Of a DNA stretch of 64,000 bases, positions 1-12,056 are shown piece after piece. The notes below the pieces were generated by a model that saw only the letters and a list, made by a program, of their open reading frames with translations, searched no databases and was not told the DNA's origin. The translations under genes and the position numbers were made by a program. Positions within the stretch are counted from its first letter, which is position 1; each line of letters begins with the position of its first letter. The stretch spans positions 5,208,001 through 5,272,000 of the forward strand of contig OX597814.1 in assembly GCA_951406725.2 (NCBI GenBank), written 5' to 3'. Source of the DNA: Octopus vulgaris (lineage: Eukaryota).

Positions 1-141
1 AAAAGAGTTTATAATAGACGAAGGAACTCGTTTGCTGTCGATTTTGGCGAGTCTATCTTTCGACGAGTTAACTCGCCAGAGATAGAAAAAAACGATTTCG
101 GTCAAAACGCATATATTCGTTTCTGCCGGGTAAGGGGTTAA
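1..141. mobile_element. End of a piggyBac-type non-autonomous element, partial
   Basis: Ends in ...AAGGGG followed by TTAA. The other end is outside the window. Confidence 0.35.
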
Positions 142-229
142 GAGGATCAGACACAAATTGCTCCTGGTTAAGACACTGCTCAATTATGAGTAACTTTCCC
201 CAAAAGTAACATAATTATTCTAATTATAT

Positions 230-1382
230 TGTTACGGAACGGACTGGAATCGCCCGTCATCGTCGCTCGTCCCGAACGGCTCGCACACTAGTTCCGCCAC
301 GGAACCCAAAGAGGCGGAGAGAGGAGATACAGACAGACACTGCCACAACCTCAACAGCACAGAGATACAGAGGCACAACCCGAGATACAACCCAAAGAGG
401 CACAGAGGCAACAGAGACACTGGCTTATATTAACATCATGTAACAATATATCAGTCCGGAGACACAACAAGTCATATACAGTATTTCAAAGGTACACATC
501 CGAAGACACAGTTCTTTTAAAGTCTTTTCTAAACATCACAGATAACGTCACATCAACACAATTCTGAACATAAATACCACAACTCGATAATCGACATATC
601 GACAAGTCCTTGACTGTTCTTTTCACTGTTCAATACACCGTGACACGTATCAATGCACAATCACATACCTCAATTCCCAATTGAATCGCCAGTGTCCCAT
701 TCCTCTCAATCCTGCCAATTCCTCTGAATACTGCCAAATCCTTCTGTACATATCCCTTCTGCATATTCCAATCGCTTGCTCCTCAAATCCCAAGATCCCT
801 GCTGATCTATCCAAGATCCGTCTGTGTTCTTCCACGACCGCTCAACCGACCGCAAGATCCGTCCGTGTTCTTCGACGACCAACTACCAACTTCCCAGATC
901 CGTCCTTCCTGACGACCAACTGCGAACTGCCCTTCTTGACGACCAACTACGAACTGCCCTTCTTGACGACCAACTACGAACTGCCCTTCTTGACGACCAA
1001 CTACGAACTGCCCTTCTTGACGACCAACTGCGAACTGCCCTTCTTGACGACCAACTGCGAACTGCCCTTCTTGACGACCAACTACGAACTGCCCTTCTTG
1101 ACGACCAACTGCGAACTGCCCTGACCTCACTTCGTCTCTGTGCTTCTTCCACTCCCTCATCTCCCTCTGTCTATATCGCTCCTACCCTTTCTAACTGCTC
1201 TCTGATTCCTTTGTCCCTTTTCTTTCACATTCTCCTGACCCTCTTCTCAGCCGCACGAGGTCACAGGTCATTCCAAAACCCATTAGTCCTCCATTAAACA
1301 AAAGACTCACTTTTCTACTAGACATGCCGGAACCATAATTCCAATGTGGGTCACCGGGAAATGCACCAGCTAAACTGTAACA
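230..1382. mobile_element. Solo LTR (Gypsy-like), 1153 bp
   Basis: Termini TGTTAC...GTAACA are inverted. Flanked by 4-bp TSD ATAT (226-229, 1383-1386). Confidence 0.75.
905..1121. repeat. 27-bp minisatellite, about 8 copies, inside the solo LTR
   Basis: Unit GACGACCAACTRCGAACTGCCCTTCTT. Explains the four overlapping repetitive ORFs. Confidence 0.95.
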
Positions 1383-1475
1383 ATATCGTTGGCACAGAAA
1401 TATATCTAAGACAGTATTTGAACTCTCCAATACCTGAAGCGAATGTCAGCATTTCATTTATGAAATGCTGAGTCT

Positions 1476-1888
1476 CTTTTACTCTTTTACTTGTTTCAGT
1501 CATTTGACTGCGGCCATGCTGGAGCACCGCCTTTAGTCGAGCAAATCGACCCCGGGACTTATTCTTTGTAAGCCCAGTACTTATTCTATCGGTCTCTTTT
1601 GCCGAACCGCTAAGTGACGGGGACGTAAACACACCAGCATCGGTTGTCAAGCAATGCTAGGGGGACAAACACAGACACACAAACATATACACACACACAC
1701 TTATATATATATACATATATATACGACAGGCTTCTTTCAGTTTCCGTCTACCAAATCCACTCACAAGGCATTGGTCAGCCCAGGGCTATAGCAGAAGACA
1801 CTTGCCCAAGATGTGACGCAGTGGGACTGAACCCGGAACCATGTGGTTGGTTAGCAAGCTACTTACCACACAGCCACTCCTGCGCCTA
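1476..1888 (-). mobile_element. tRNA-headed CORE-like SINE; other copies at about 14505-14920, 15578-15815, 23335-23757, 26160-26315, 34510-34672
   Basis: Minus-strand head with A/B-box-like motifs, then a CORE-like CCTTGGGCAAGT, internal (TA/CA)n and an AAGAGTA-type tail. Several near-identical copies. Confidence 0.85.
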
Positions 1889-2465
1889 TGTTTAAGAAAT
1901 GAAATTATTTGAATTTCACTGCACCTTCTGAAGATTCCGAATGATTAAGCAACATAAACAACAGAAATAACAAATCTGTCAAGCATACGACCCACAGCAT
2001 CGGCTCTGGTTCAATTTTATAAAAAAGAAAAATTATTATTATTATTTAATTTTGAAATATTCAGTAAAATAATTAGTGCACTCATCCATTCAGAGTGGGA
2101 ACCTGACTAAAATCATAATTAATACTGGTTTCATTTAGATAATTAGTGTAACTTAGGGGAATCTTTTGTTATCTCAACCAATGAAAAGATATTTCTTAAT
2201 CCTTATCTTATAGTATGAGACCCATTTCTCCTTCACTGTTTATACATACCAAGCTAAATGGAAGTTTTATTTTTTACTTCATATTCATATATTATGTTCA
2301 ACTGAATAGATTCTAACATGTGACCAATATTGAAAAGTTTTGCAGCTGAACCAGTGCAAACTTCCTAACAAACATTGGTCTTCTCAAGAATTGTTTGCAT
2401 TCCGTTGGACAATTTCTACCTCCCTTCTCACTCTTAGGGCTCTTACTTAGCAAGACTGCATGTAT

Positions 2466-3090
2466 TGGACCAGGTCATGAAAGTTACAGAGAGGGTCAAA
2501 ATAAACCCTTGTATTTGGCTCTTTTTTTGTTTTACAAGGAGAAAACCTTTGACGGGGTCCCTTACTCCTTTATCTGATAGGCAATGCAGAAGCTAAAGAT
2601 AGATGAGTGGTCAGTGAGAGCAGCAACAGCCATGTTCAGGGATGCTGTCTGTAAGGTTGGCAATCATCATCATTGTTTAACGTCCGCTTTCCATGCTAGC
2701 ATGGGTTGGACGGTTCAACTGGGGTCTGGGGAGCCCGAAGGCTGCACCAGGCCAGTCAGATCTGGCAGTGTTTCTACAGCTGGATGCCCTTCCTAACGCC
2801 AACCACTCCGAGAGTGTAGTGGGTGATTTTATGTGCCACTGACATAGGTGCCAGACGTGGCTGGCGAACGGCCACGCTCGGATGGTGTTTTTTTATGTGC
2901 CACCGACACAGGTGCCAGACGAGGCTGGCGGACGGCCACGCTCGGATGGCATAGCAATGAATTTAGTGTATAAGTGGGAGTTCTCCAAGGACTGGTTCTC
3001 AACCACTTCTTGGTTGTCCTCCAGGCCATAACAGAGGAATTTAAGACTGGCTGCCCTTGGGAGCTCCTCTAAGCTGACGACTTATGGCTG
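2466..3090 (+). mobile_element. Degraded RTE-like LINE RT fragment interrupted by a SINE (about 2662-2950)
   Basis: Remnant peptides KPLYLA, EKTFDGVP and KLKIDEW resemble RT motifs. Frame is broken. Confidence 0.55.
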
Positions 3091-4033
3091 GGTGCCCTTC
3101 ATAACATCAACCACTCCATCGAGTGGGCTTAGTGCTTTTTATGTGGCACCAACACAAGTGAGGTCAGTTTTGGCATGGTATTTACAGCTGGATGCCCTTC
3201 CGAATGCTAATCACTTTACAGTGTGGACTGGATGCTTTTTAAGTGGCACCTGCACTGACAGGGTCACCAAGTAACTTGCAAGACAAGAATCCTGTGAGAA
3301 GGGAGGGAGCATTGGAGTAGGGGATCTTGTGTCAAATGATGAAAGGTTATAGTGAGACAGAGAGACAGAAAGAGGTGTTTTGCTGTGGAGGAAGTACATG
3401 GCTACTCAGTCAGAGGGAGAGATAGTGAAAGTGCAAGAGAGAGAGTAGGAGAGAGGTGGTGCAAAGAGCCAGGGAATTTTCACAAGGAATGGGGATCAGA
3501 ATATTAACAGGGTGGTTGAGTAGAGCAAAGGACAGATAGATGGTGGCAAAATGCCAGGGCATACCCTCAGGTATGGGGGTCAATATAAATGGTAGGGTAT
3601 TGCCAAGGTGCATGGGTAGGAAGTAGAGACAACACATGAATGCAAAGAGTGTGGGGGTGGGGAATGGAATGAACCTGGGCACAAGGAGGGGGTGAGGAAC
3701 AACAGGATAGCAATGATACAGTGAGTAGGGCAGTGAGGACAGGATTAGGGAGCTAGAGCTAAGCATAAGCATAGTGCATGAAGAAGAGGAAATGTGAGGA
3801 AGAGGAGAGGAGATGCAGTTTGGTTTCTTGGGGTAGGGTGTGCGAAAAGGTTTATTGTTGAAGGTGGCTGACACATATAAGGAATCCAATCCACTCTGTA
3901 GAGTGGTTGGCATTAAGAAGGGCATCCAGGTGTAGAAACCAAGTCCAGCTCTCCAGTTTACCAGTTCCAGTCAAACTGTCTGACCCATGCCAGCCTGGAA
4001 AATGGACGTTAAATGAAGATGATGAAGTTGATG

Positions 4034-4064
<31 letters not shown>

Positions 4065-4158
4065 GTTGGAATTTACAAAAAAAAAACAACCAAAGACGAA
4101 GACTGGTGTGTAAACAATAAACAGATGTATTAGTTTAATGCTTGGGAAGTGAGAAAGT

Positions 4159-4194
4159 CTTTTACGTTTTGAGCCTACGCTCTTCAACAGAAAG
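4159..4194 (-). ncRNA. Degenerate minimal hammerhead-like motif in a Penelope-type repeat remnant
   Basis: Minus strand CTTT-CTGTTGA-A-GAGC(GTAG)GCTC-AAAA-CG-TA-AAAG. Two core deviations. Confidence 0.4.
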
Positions 4195-4706
4195 GAACAC
4201 AGAAAGAAACAGGGAGAGAAAATAAAATTATATATATATACACACACACATATTAATCAATGGTTACAGTATCACATATCTATTATGACCAATCTCACCA
4301 AATGGCTTTGCATTAGGAGTTAAGTAACAGTCTGATTATGTAACCCTGCTGCACTCATCAGAGGTGGCCATTATGGAATGAAATATGGCAATTGCTCTCT
4401 ATTGTTTGGGATGAATAGACGCATCCAGTTTGTGGTTGCTGTGAAAAATATGATGAAATGAATCAAGCAAGGGAGTGAGTTAAGAGTTATGTCCCTTGAT
4501 ACCAAAACCTCGCCAGTAGAGGGGGTTACGTTGCAAGTCGGAAAGAGTTCTCTGGAAATGAGTTTGTGGGAAATGTGTGTGTCTTTAAGGTTGGTGTTCT
4601 TGTGGAAATATATTCACCTCTCATATTTGGGACTTTTTATGATTTATATGTTCAGATTTATGCGTGTGTGTGTTAAAAATATAAAAAATAAGCTACATTG
4701 ACTTAC

Positions 4707-5038
4707 TTTCCTTGAGGAATGGACTGTTGAATGTCTGCAGTCAGTTGAAGAGACGGTACTGCCAACACGGTAGACTCAATACCTTTTGATGTCTCATTTA
4801 ATTTAGGTTCTTCCAAAGTCGTAGCAAGTTTCATTTCTTCACTGTCTCCAAGACATTTATCTTTGGTTTCTATACTTCCCCCCGCAATACAGGCTTTTTT
4901 CTTTTCAACAGACAATGGCACTGCTGTACTTTCTAAAGATTCTTTCCGCATTTGAAACAATGTCTCTTCTGAGAGTTTTGCAACACTTGCAGCAGCATTT
5001 TTCATGTTGGCATCAACTTTATCTTTTGAAAATGGTTC
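4707..5038 (-). CDS. Exon N: EPFSKDKVDANMKNAAASVAKLSEETLFQM...QQSIPQG; gene continues past this exon
   Basis: Acceptor ttttgatag, donor GTAAGT. 332 nt open, phase 0 to 2. No convincing next exon found in 1-4700. Confidence 0.8.
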
Positions 5039-5334
5039 CTATCAAAATTAGAGTAATTTTAATATTTCAGAATAAAAACTGAATTCTGGAGAAGTTCTTT
5101 GAAGCAATATTTTTTAATTACTCATTTGTGTTCTTCAATTAATGTTTTATTATATCACAAAACTAGGTTTATATTATTTTATACTATTTGTCAGCCTCAT
5201 ACCATTCTTCTGACACCAACATTACTGTCCACCCATTCACCTTGCACCACTTCTTCATTAGTGTGTACATATACACCCCAGCATGGCCACAGCCTTAGAA
5301 CAGAAACATATAAAGAATATATATATATATATAT

Positions 5335-5520
5335 ATTATATTAAATTAGAGACAAAACCACTATTAGGCAAATAAAATTAATTTAAAAATATAAAAGTTA
5401 AAAATTAAAAACTTAATTTTTTAATTTTTAACTTTTATATTTTTAAATTAATTTTATGTATTGGCTTATGTTTTTCACTGTTTGATTTGCCTAATGGTTT
5501 TATCTCTAATTTAATATAAT
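5335..5520. repeat. AT-rich foldback with near-perfect central palindrome (about 5371-5457)
   Basis: Outer arms ATTATATTAAATTAGAG...TAGGCAAAT and its reverse complement. Inner arms about 40 bp. Confidence 0.75.
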
Positions 5521-6115
5521 ATAATATAATATATTTATACTATAAAATTGGATTTAATCCTAAATCTAATTTTTCCCTGTAAGTTTGGATTTATTCCCTA
5601 ATATTATTATTATTAACTTATATATATAATAACAAAATAATAAATAAAACATATGCATATATACATACATATATGTACATACCTACATATATGAGGTATG
5701 TACATATATGTACGTACCTACATCTATATGTATATATACATGCATACAGGACACAAAAAAAATGTAGAACACAATGAGAAACAAAAACTTAAAAACAAAA
5801 ACATGGAAACGGACTTTTTCAAACAACAAAAAAACAGAGTACAAGACATACAACACAAGGGACATTCCCCTTCTTCAGCTGCCCCTGCTTCGACTACTCC
5901 GTGTTTCGAAGATAAGCAGAAATAGTTTGTACTACCACTCCTACAAAAATAACAACTTCCTCTTTCATCCATTATCCAAGAACAAGTGTGTTTGAAAAGA
6001 TAACTGAAAGCGTTTACACAAACTAGAAAGAAACTTTTTCCAAAAAGGTTTTGAGGTTCTCATAAAGAATTTATAACTTTCTTTAAAAAATTATTTTTAA
6101 AAAGTATCTTTTTTA

Positions 6116-6417
6116 TCTTTATATATAAAAGTGAGGTTGTGTGAGTGTCTGTCTCCTACGATTTAGATTCCTAACTACTCCCACATTTTGCGGTGCAGTG
6201 TAACCAAAACCGGGTATCTTATAGTCGTGATTCATATCGAGCCCTTCTGGGTATTAGCGCACATCTACGATGAGTCTACGATTTAAAAAAAAATTTACCA
6301 TGGTTTTTTCCCATTTTTAATGCATTTTTTTGCTATTATATAAGGGAAGTAACTCTCTAAAATGCTTATATAGTTATTTCCCTTACAAACCCAAACAACA
6401 CCGGGCGATACTGCTAG
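6116..6417 (+). mobile_element. Non-autonomous Helitron-like element
   Basis: 5' TC, 3' GC-rich hairpin remnant then CTAG, inserted between A and T. Related copies at 42652-42958 (-) and 44991-45363 (+). Confidence 0.75.
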
Positions 6418-7380
6418 TATTTGATAAGACTGTATCAAGTAATTTTCACAAAAACCTTTAAATGTGTGTGTGTGTGTTGTTCATGCTGGCATGGGTTGGA
6501 TGGTTTGACAAGGGCTGGTAAGCTGGGGAGCAGCACCAGACACCAGTCTGATTTGGCCTGGTTTTCTACAGCTGGATGCCTTCCCTAATACCAATCACTC
6601 CAAGAGTGCAATGGGTGCTTTTACGTGCCTCCAGCACAGGTGCCAGTTGTGCGACACCAGTATCAGCCACAACAATGATTTCACTTAGGTTGATGGGTCT
6701 TCTCCTCAAGCACAGCATATTGCCAAAGGTCTCAGTCATGTCATTGCTTCCATCAGGCCCAACGCTCAACAGCTGTTTTTTATGTGCCACCAGCATGGGG
6801 GCCAGATGCCTCAGTGAGGCCCAACACTCAAAAGATGCATATTGCATGCCACCAGCATGGGTGACAATTACGTGACACTGGCATCAGCTATGACCAGGAT
6901 TTCGCTTAGCTTGCTGGGTCTCCTCAAGCACAGCAGGTCGCCAAAGGTCTCAGTCACTAGCCATTGCTTCTGTGAGACCCAACATTTGAGGTTCAGGCTT
7001 CACCACTTCGTCCCATGTCTTCCTGGGTCCACCTCTACCACAGGTTCCTCCACAGTTAGAGATCAGCGCTTTTTTACACAGCTGTCCTCATCCATATGCA
7101 TCACATGACCAGTGCGGGTGTCGCTCTTGCACACCACATCTGATGCCTCTTATGCACAACGCTCAAGACGCTTACACTCTGTCATGCATGCACACTGACA
7201 TTGCTCATCCAGCGAAGCATACCAGCTTCATTTCTTTCAAGCCTACGCACATCCTCGGTTGTCACAGCCCTTGTTTCACTGCCATGTAGTATAGCTGTTT
7301 GCACACAGGCATCATACAGTCCACCTTTCAGGAACAATGTGTGTGTGTGTGTGTATGTATGTATTATATAGATATATATA

Positions 7381-7760
7381 CTAGCTGTTGGACCCGGTGT
7401 TGCTTGTGTTTTCCATGTTGAAGTTAAGCCCAGCTCTGACCTTGTATTGAAATCTTCTACATTCCCTGTGCCAACTATTATTACCCATTGATTTTGTTGG
7501 AATTTTACACGTGAAAAAATGCAAAGGCTGCAGGAAAAAATAACATTGTTATGGGAATTTCCATTCAATCACTCAATTGAGCTCACAAAAATCGATGCCA
7601 ACTGAGCATTATCGAGTTTTCAAAAAATTCCAACCTTATTTGAACTTAAGGACATGTGATCTACCTATGTGCCAAAAATCATTAAAATCAGTTGGACGAT
7701 GGGGGTAGAGTTAGAGTAACCCCAAACACACAGACAGACAGACAGCATTATACATTTATG

Positions 7761-7770
<10 letters not shown>
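7381..7770 (-). mobile_element. Second Helitron-like non-autonomous element
   Basis: CTAG end with adjacent GC hairpin. (GTCT)n near the other end. 5' boundary approximate. Confidence 0.45.
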
Positions 7771-7798
<28 letters not shown>

Positions 7799-9608
7799 AC
7801 TATGCTGTGACCAATACTTGCTGTCAGATTAGCCCTGGATTCCAGACTAAACCTCAAAGACTAAATCCTTCCCAACCTACATTCTCAACAGTATCCAAAA
7901 ATAATTCAATAAATCTTATTACTGTTATCACTTTTGTTTGATTGTTTCAGATTTCAAACACCACTAGAGGGAGACTTTCTCTGCTAATCGCTTGAATAAT
8001 CTCAGTTAAAATCTTTAAACTATGTGAGAATTTACTGTAAGTCTTATCATTAAGACAAATCATAAATTTTGAAACCTAACATCTTGAGCTAGGTTTTATT
8101 TATGAATTGTTGAGGTTTGTAAATAGTTCTTGGTAATTCTTATCTTTTTCATTCAAGACCAAAGTCATGGCCCCTGGCCTGTTTGAAAGCCTCCAAGATG
8201 CCAAACTCTTGTAACAAAGTAGGTTCCCCTCAAGGCATTCAGGGCCAAGAATTAGGGAATGTGCAACAAGGTAAGGGATTAAATCTACTATTTACTGACT
8301 TTCAACTTTTTTTTTTATTCTTCATCACCTGAGCCCCTTTATTTTGATGTACCCCAACTGGTAGGTGACCTGAACTGATTCCCTGTTAGCAATACCCAGC
8401 TGTCTTTGACGCTATACAATATCGTATTCCTGCTCCATATTGACCAGTTTTTTAGTATCAGCGAGAAAGAAGTTAGTCTTCATAGAAGAAGTCTTAAATT
8501 CTTGTATTGTTCTCATGATAAATAACTCTGATTCATATTCTTAGACTGGACAGGTCTCTAATCCCATTCAAAATTCGCACCTGGCCTTTTTACTTTGATC
8601 TTTCAGTCTATCATGATTAATGACTAACAAACAAGATGGATGGCATGGAACATTGTTGGAAATGCTGAAAAATTTTACAAAATATTTTTTAAAAATTAAG
8701 GAGGAATTTAATCATGGAAACAAATTCATAAATCAATCAATATTTAGAAACAGGTAACTTTTGCCATTATTTATGATGATGATGATGACAATAATGTGGA
8801 GGATGACGATGATGATGATGAGAACAATGATGCTGAAGATTATGATGACAATAACGAAGAGGAGAAGGAGGAAGATGATAACAAGAGCAATGATGATGAT
8901 GATAGGATAATGGAGATTTTTCTGTTTTTAGAATGTTCAAACATTTTGCTTTTTCAAAAATTACTGAAATAAACTTTACAATTCTGGATTTCCGTAGATG
9001 CAAGATCGATCGAGATTAAACCTGTGGCCGATGCTTTACCGTTTTTCAAACTGATGGGAAGAAATTAAGAAAACTCCTCAAACCAATTCCATCTTCTTCA
9101 TTCCTGAGAAACTGAGGCACAGCAAAAAGACCCCTGTTCCATCACCCGACCCTGCCTCACTCACAAAAGCCAAAGATCTAACGAAGAAAACATTCACAGT
9201 TAAACATACACAGATACTACTACTACTACTACTACTACTACTACAACTGTTACTGCTGTTGTTAATGATGGTTCATGCTGTTTTAAAACGTGCACATCAC
9301 AAAGACATCTTATTAACGACATTATATTTAATGAAGAAAAGCAATAAATATTATTAGTAGAAGCCATGTTTAGTAGAAAGTTTTAAAAACAGCCATTGTT
9401 GGCAAGCATTTACCAGGAATTAAACTTTGATCAGAAGAGAGAATTGTCAAATTGAAAAAAAAAAATATTTTTCTGAAAACACAAACTTATAAATGGAATG
9501 GTACAATGTGAAATGAGGTGCCAGAAGTAATTCTCCAAGACTTTACCAAAAAATCAGAGAAATTTTCTTTCTGTTCTGAAAAATAGTTTCTCCTTTGTTC
9601 AAAAGAAA

Positions 9609-9833
9609 GCCATTTAAACTTTGGCAGGGGTGTCTTTAAAGATGAGGAGTATCTTAAATATTCCAACCCCTCCATGTATATTTCCATCCCTAACTCCAAG
9701 GATAATATTAGTTCCAACAAACATCTCACATGTTCTGGGATGCATCATTAATAAGACCCTAGGGTTTTTAAGGGGCTTCAGGTCTTTCAACATCAGGCTC
9801 CCCGACCCTGAGTCATCGTGGATCAAGTCCTAG
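9609..9833. repeat. Local direct repeat of about 225 bp; second copy at 11528-12197
   Basis: GCCATTTAAACTTTGGCAGGGG...GGATCAAGTCCTAG occurs twice. The second copy carries a SINE insertion. Confidence 0.9.
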
Positions 9834-10359
9834 CTTGCATCTCAGCAGTAATAAACTAAGGGGTCTGCCCCTCTTTATCCAAAGCCATCTAATAGCTTTC
9901 ACTGCGGCTCGGATGATGACGCATACAAACTTCTTTTTTGCTGCATCAGGGACTCCAAGCCCAATCAGAACTTTACACAGTGATCACCACCACCACCCAA
10001 CCCCCTACCCCACCCCCAACCACACCCTAACAGCCTACTTCAGTTGATTCACAGTGTGTTCCCCACGCTTGACTTGTGCGATGCTCAACCATCTCTTGGT
10101 ATTTGGCATACTTTCTCTCATGAACTGCTTCCAGATTACAACCAATTCCTCTCACATCACCACCTGTTCAGGGTGGAATCGGTGAACAAAATGGATTAAT
10201 AACAATCTATTCATTTACGTATGAATGTATTCGTAACACAAACAAAATTAAGTTTAGTGTATCATTGGCGTAGGAACAGCTCTGCAGCTAAGGACTTCTC
10301 TTCAAGACATCCTTACAAATACTAGAAATACTCCTTCTAACTAAATATTTCCACTTTCC

Positions 10360-10545
10360 ACATACATATCACACCTGAATATGACCATGACATTATCTAT
10401 ATACATATTACACCTGTATAGGGAAATGACATTATCTATATGTATATATTACACCTGTATAAGGAAATGACATTATCTATATATATATTACACCTGTATG
10501 TGGAAATGACATTATCTATATATATATATACATTACACCTGTATA
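10360..10545. repeat. About 40-bp minisatellite, 4-5 copies
   Basis: Unit CACCTGTATA.GGAAATGACATTATCTATA(TA)n. Confidence 0.85.
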
Positions 10546-10599
10546 ACTTCATGACACTTCCTGCAAACATGTTATACTTGCATAGACTGACGACACTAC

Positions 10600-10794
10600 C
10601 TGTATAAGTTGATGAGAGCTTTCAGATAAAGTAACAACTTGCTCTGTCATGTGACTAGAAATAACACTCACAACACTGTTTTCTTCCTCGACAACATTGC
10701 CGTCTGAATCGGGTTCATATAAGTAGCTCTGACGCAGTTCACCCATAGATCTTGATAACTGAGAATCTCTCACAAACAGGAAGCCCTCATTCAC
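10600..10794 (-). CDS. Exon M: VNEGFLFVRDSQLSRSMGELRQSYLYEPDSDG...SSHQLIQ
   Basis: Tandem TAGCAG acceptor (start 10797 or 10794), donor CAG|GTAGTG. Phase 0 to 0. Confidence 0.7.
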
Positions 10795-11639
10795 CTGCTA
10801 AGCAAAGATAATCCGTTAAAGGTATTACAGCAAGGTTTCGTATCAAATACATCAGAGAGAGACAATCAGACAGAACTCACCAGAGCACAAGGTCTAATAA
10901 CATAATCAACATTAGCACAGGATTTAATTACATTCCACTAAACCATCATCATCATCATCACCATCATCTTAAAATAGTCTTTTCCATGCTTGCATGGGTT
11001 GACTAGCTTTTCAATGGCCGGACGCTCTTCCTGTCACCAATCCTTGTCTGTTTCCGGTGTAGGTACTATTTCCCCATGGCCAGACAGGGTGACACGCAAC
11101 ATTGCAAATGAACGACACCACTTGTATGAGGGTGACACTTGTTTACAGCAAACACGTGAAAGCAAGTAAAAGAGACAGTTTCACACACACACAAAAGAAA
11201 TGTTCATTTACTTATATTTCTTAAACATTAATACTATTGAGAGTGATTTCCAAATTTTGGCCAGTGAAGCCATTGTTGGACTGCAATGGAATTGAAGTTA
11301 TTCTTGGCTTTATATAGTCTCTGCTGAGCGAAAATAAGATTTTAAGATTAACTTCAATGCATTGCAGTCTGCCACTGGGATTAACTGGTCAACACTTCGA
11401 AGTCACTGTCAACAACATTCTTGTTTCAGAATAATAAATCTGTACCCTGCAAATGTATAGAGAAGCCCATCAGATTAATGTAAAATTATTTTTATTATAA
11501 CTGAATGCAAAAATCAAACATTCGTGTGCCATTTAAACTTTGGCAGGGGTGTCTTTAGATTTGTTTAAAGATGAGGAGTATCTTAAATATTCTAACCCCT
11601 CCATGTATATTTCCATCCCTAACTCCAAGGATAATATTA

Positions 11640-12056
11640 TATTTCTTTACTACCTACAAGGAGCTAAACACAGAAAGGACAAACAAGGACAGACAAATGG
11701 ATTAAGTCAATTATATCGACCCCAGTGCGTAACTGGTACTTATTTAATCGACCCCGAAAGGATGAAAGGCAAAGTCGACCTCGGCGGAATTTGAACTCAG
11801 AACATAACGGCAGACGAAATACCTATTTCTTTATTACCCACAAGGGGCTAAACACAGAGGGGACAAACAAGGACAGACATAGGTATTAAGTCGATTACAT
11901 CGACCCCAGTGCGTAACTGGTACTTAATTTATTGACCCCGAAAGGATGAAAGGCAAAGTCGACCTCGGCGGAATTTGAACTCAGAACATAACGGCAGACG
12001 AAATACCGCTAAGCATTTTGCCCGACGTGCTAACGTTTCTTCCAGCTCGCCGCCTT
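11640..12056 (-). mobile_element. tRNA-headed SINE with a Deu/Nin-like central domain and internal duplication; other copies at about 13035-13260, 20680-20915, 54115-54350, 57445-57672
   Basis: Head GGCGGCGAGCTGG...GAGTTCAAATTCC, core GCCTTTCATCCTTTCGGGGTC. TSD TCCAAGGATAATATTA here and AGGTATACTTAG at the 20680 copy. Confidence 0.85.

Noticed and set aside
681-1297. Overlapping repetitive ORFs (FLTTNYELP, LLDDQLRTA and others)
   Set aside because: Products of a stop-free 27-bp minisatellite inside a solo LTR.
8400-9180. Acceptor-like sites near 8665 and 9178 on the minus strand
   Set aside because: Phase-0 readings stop within a few codons, and exons M and N already join in phase.
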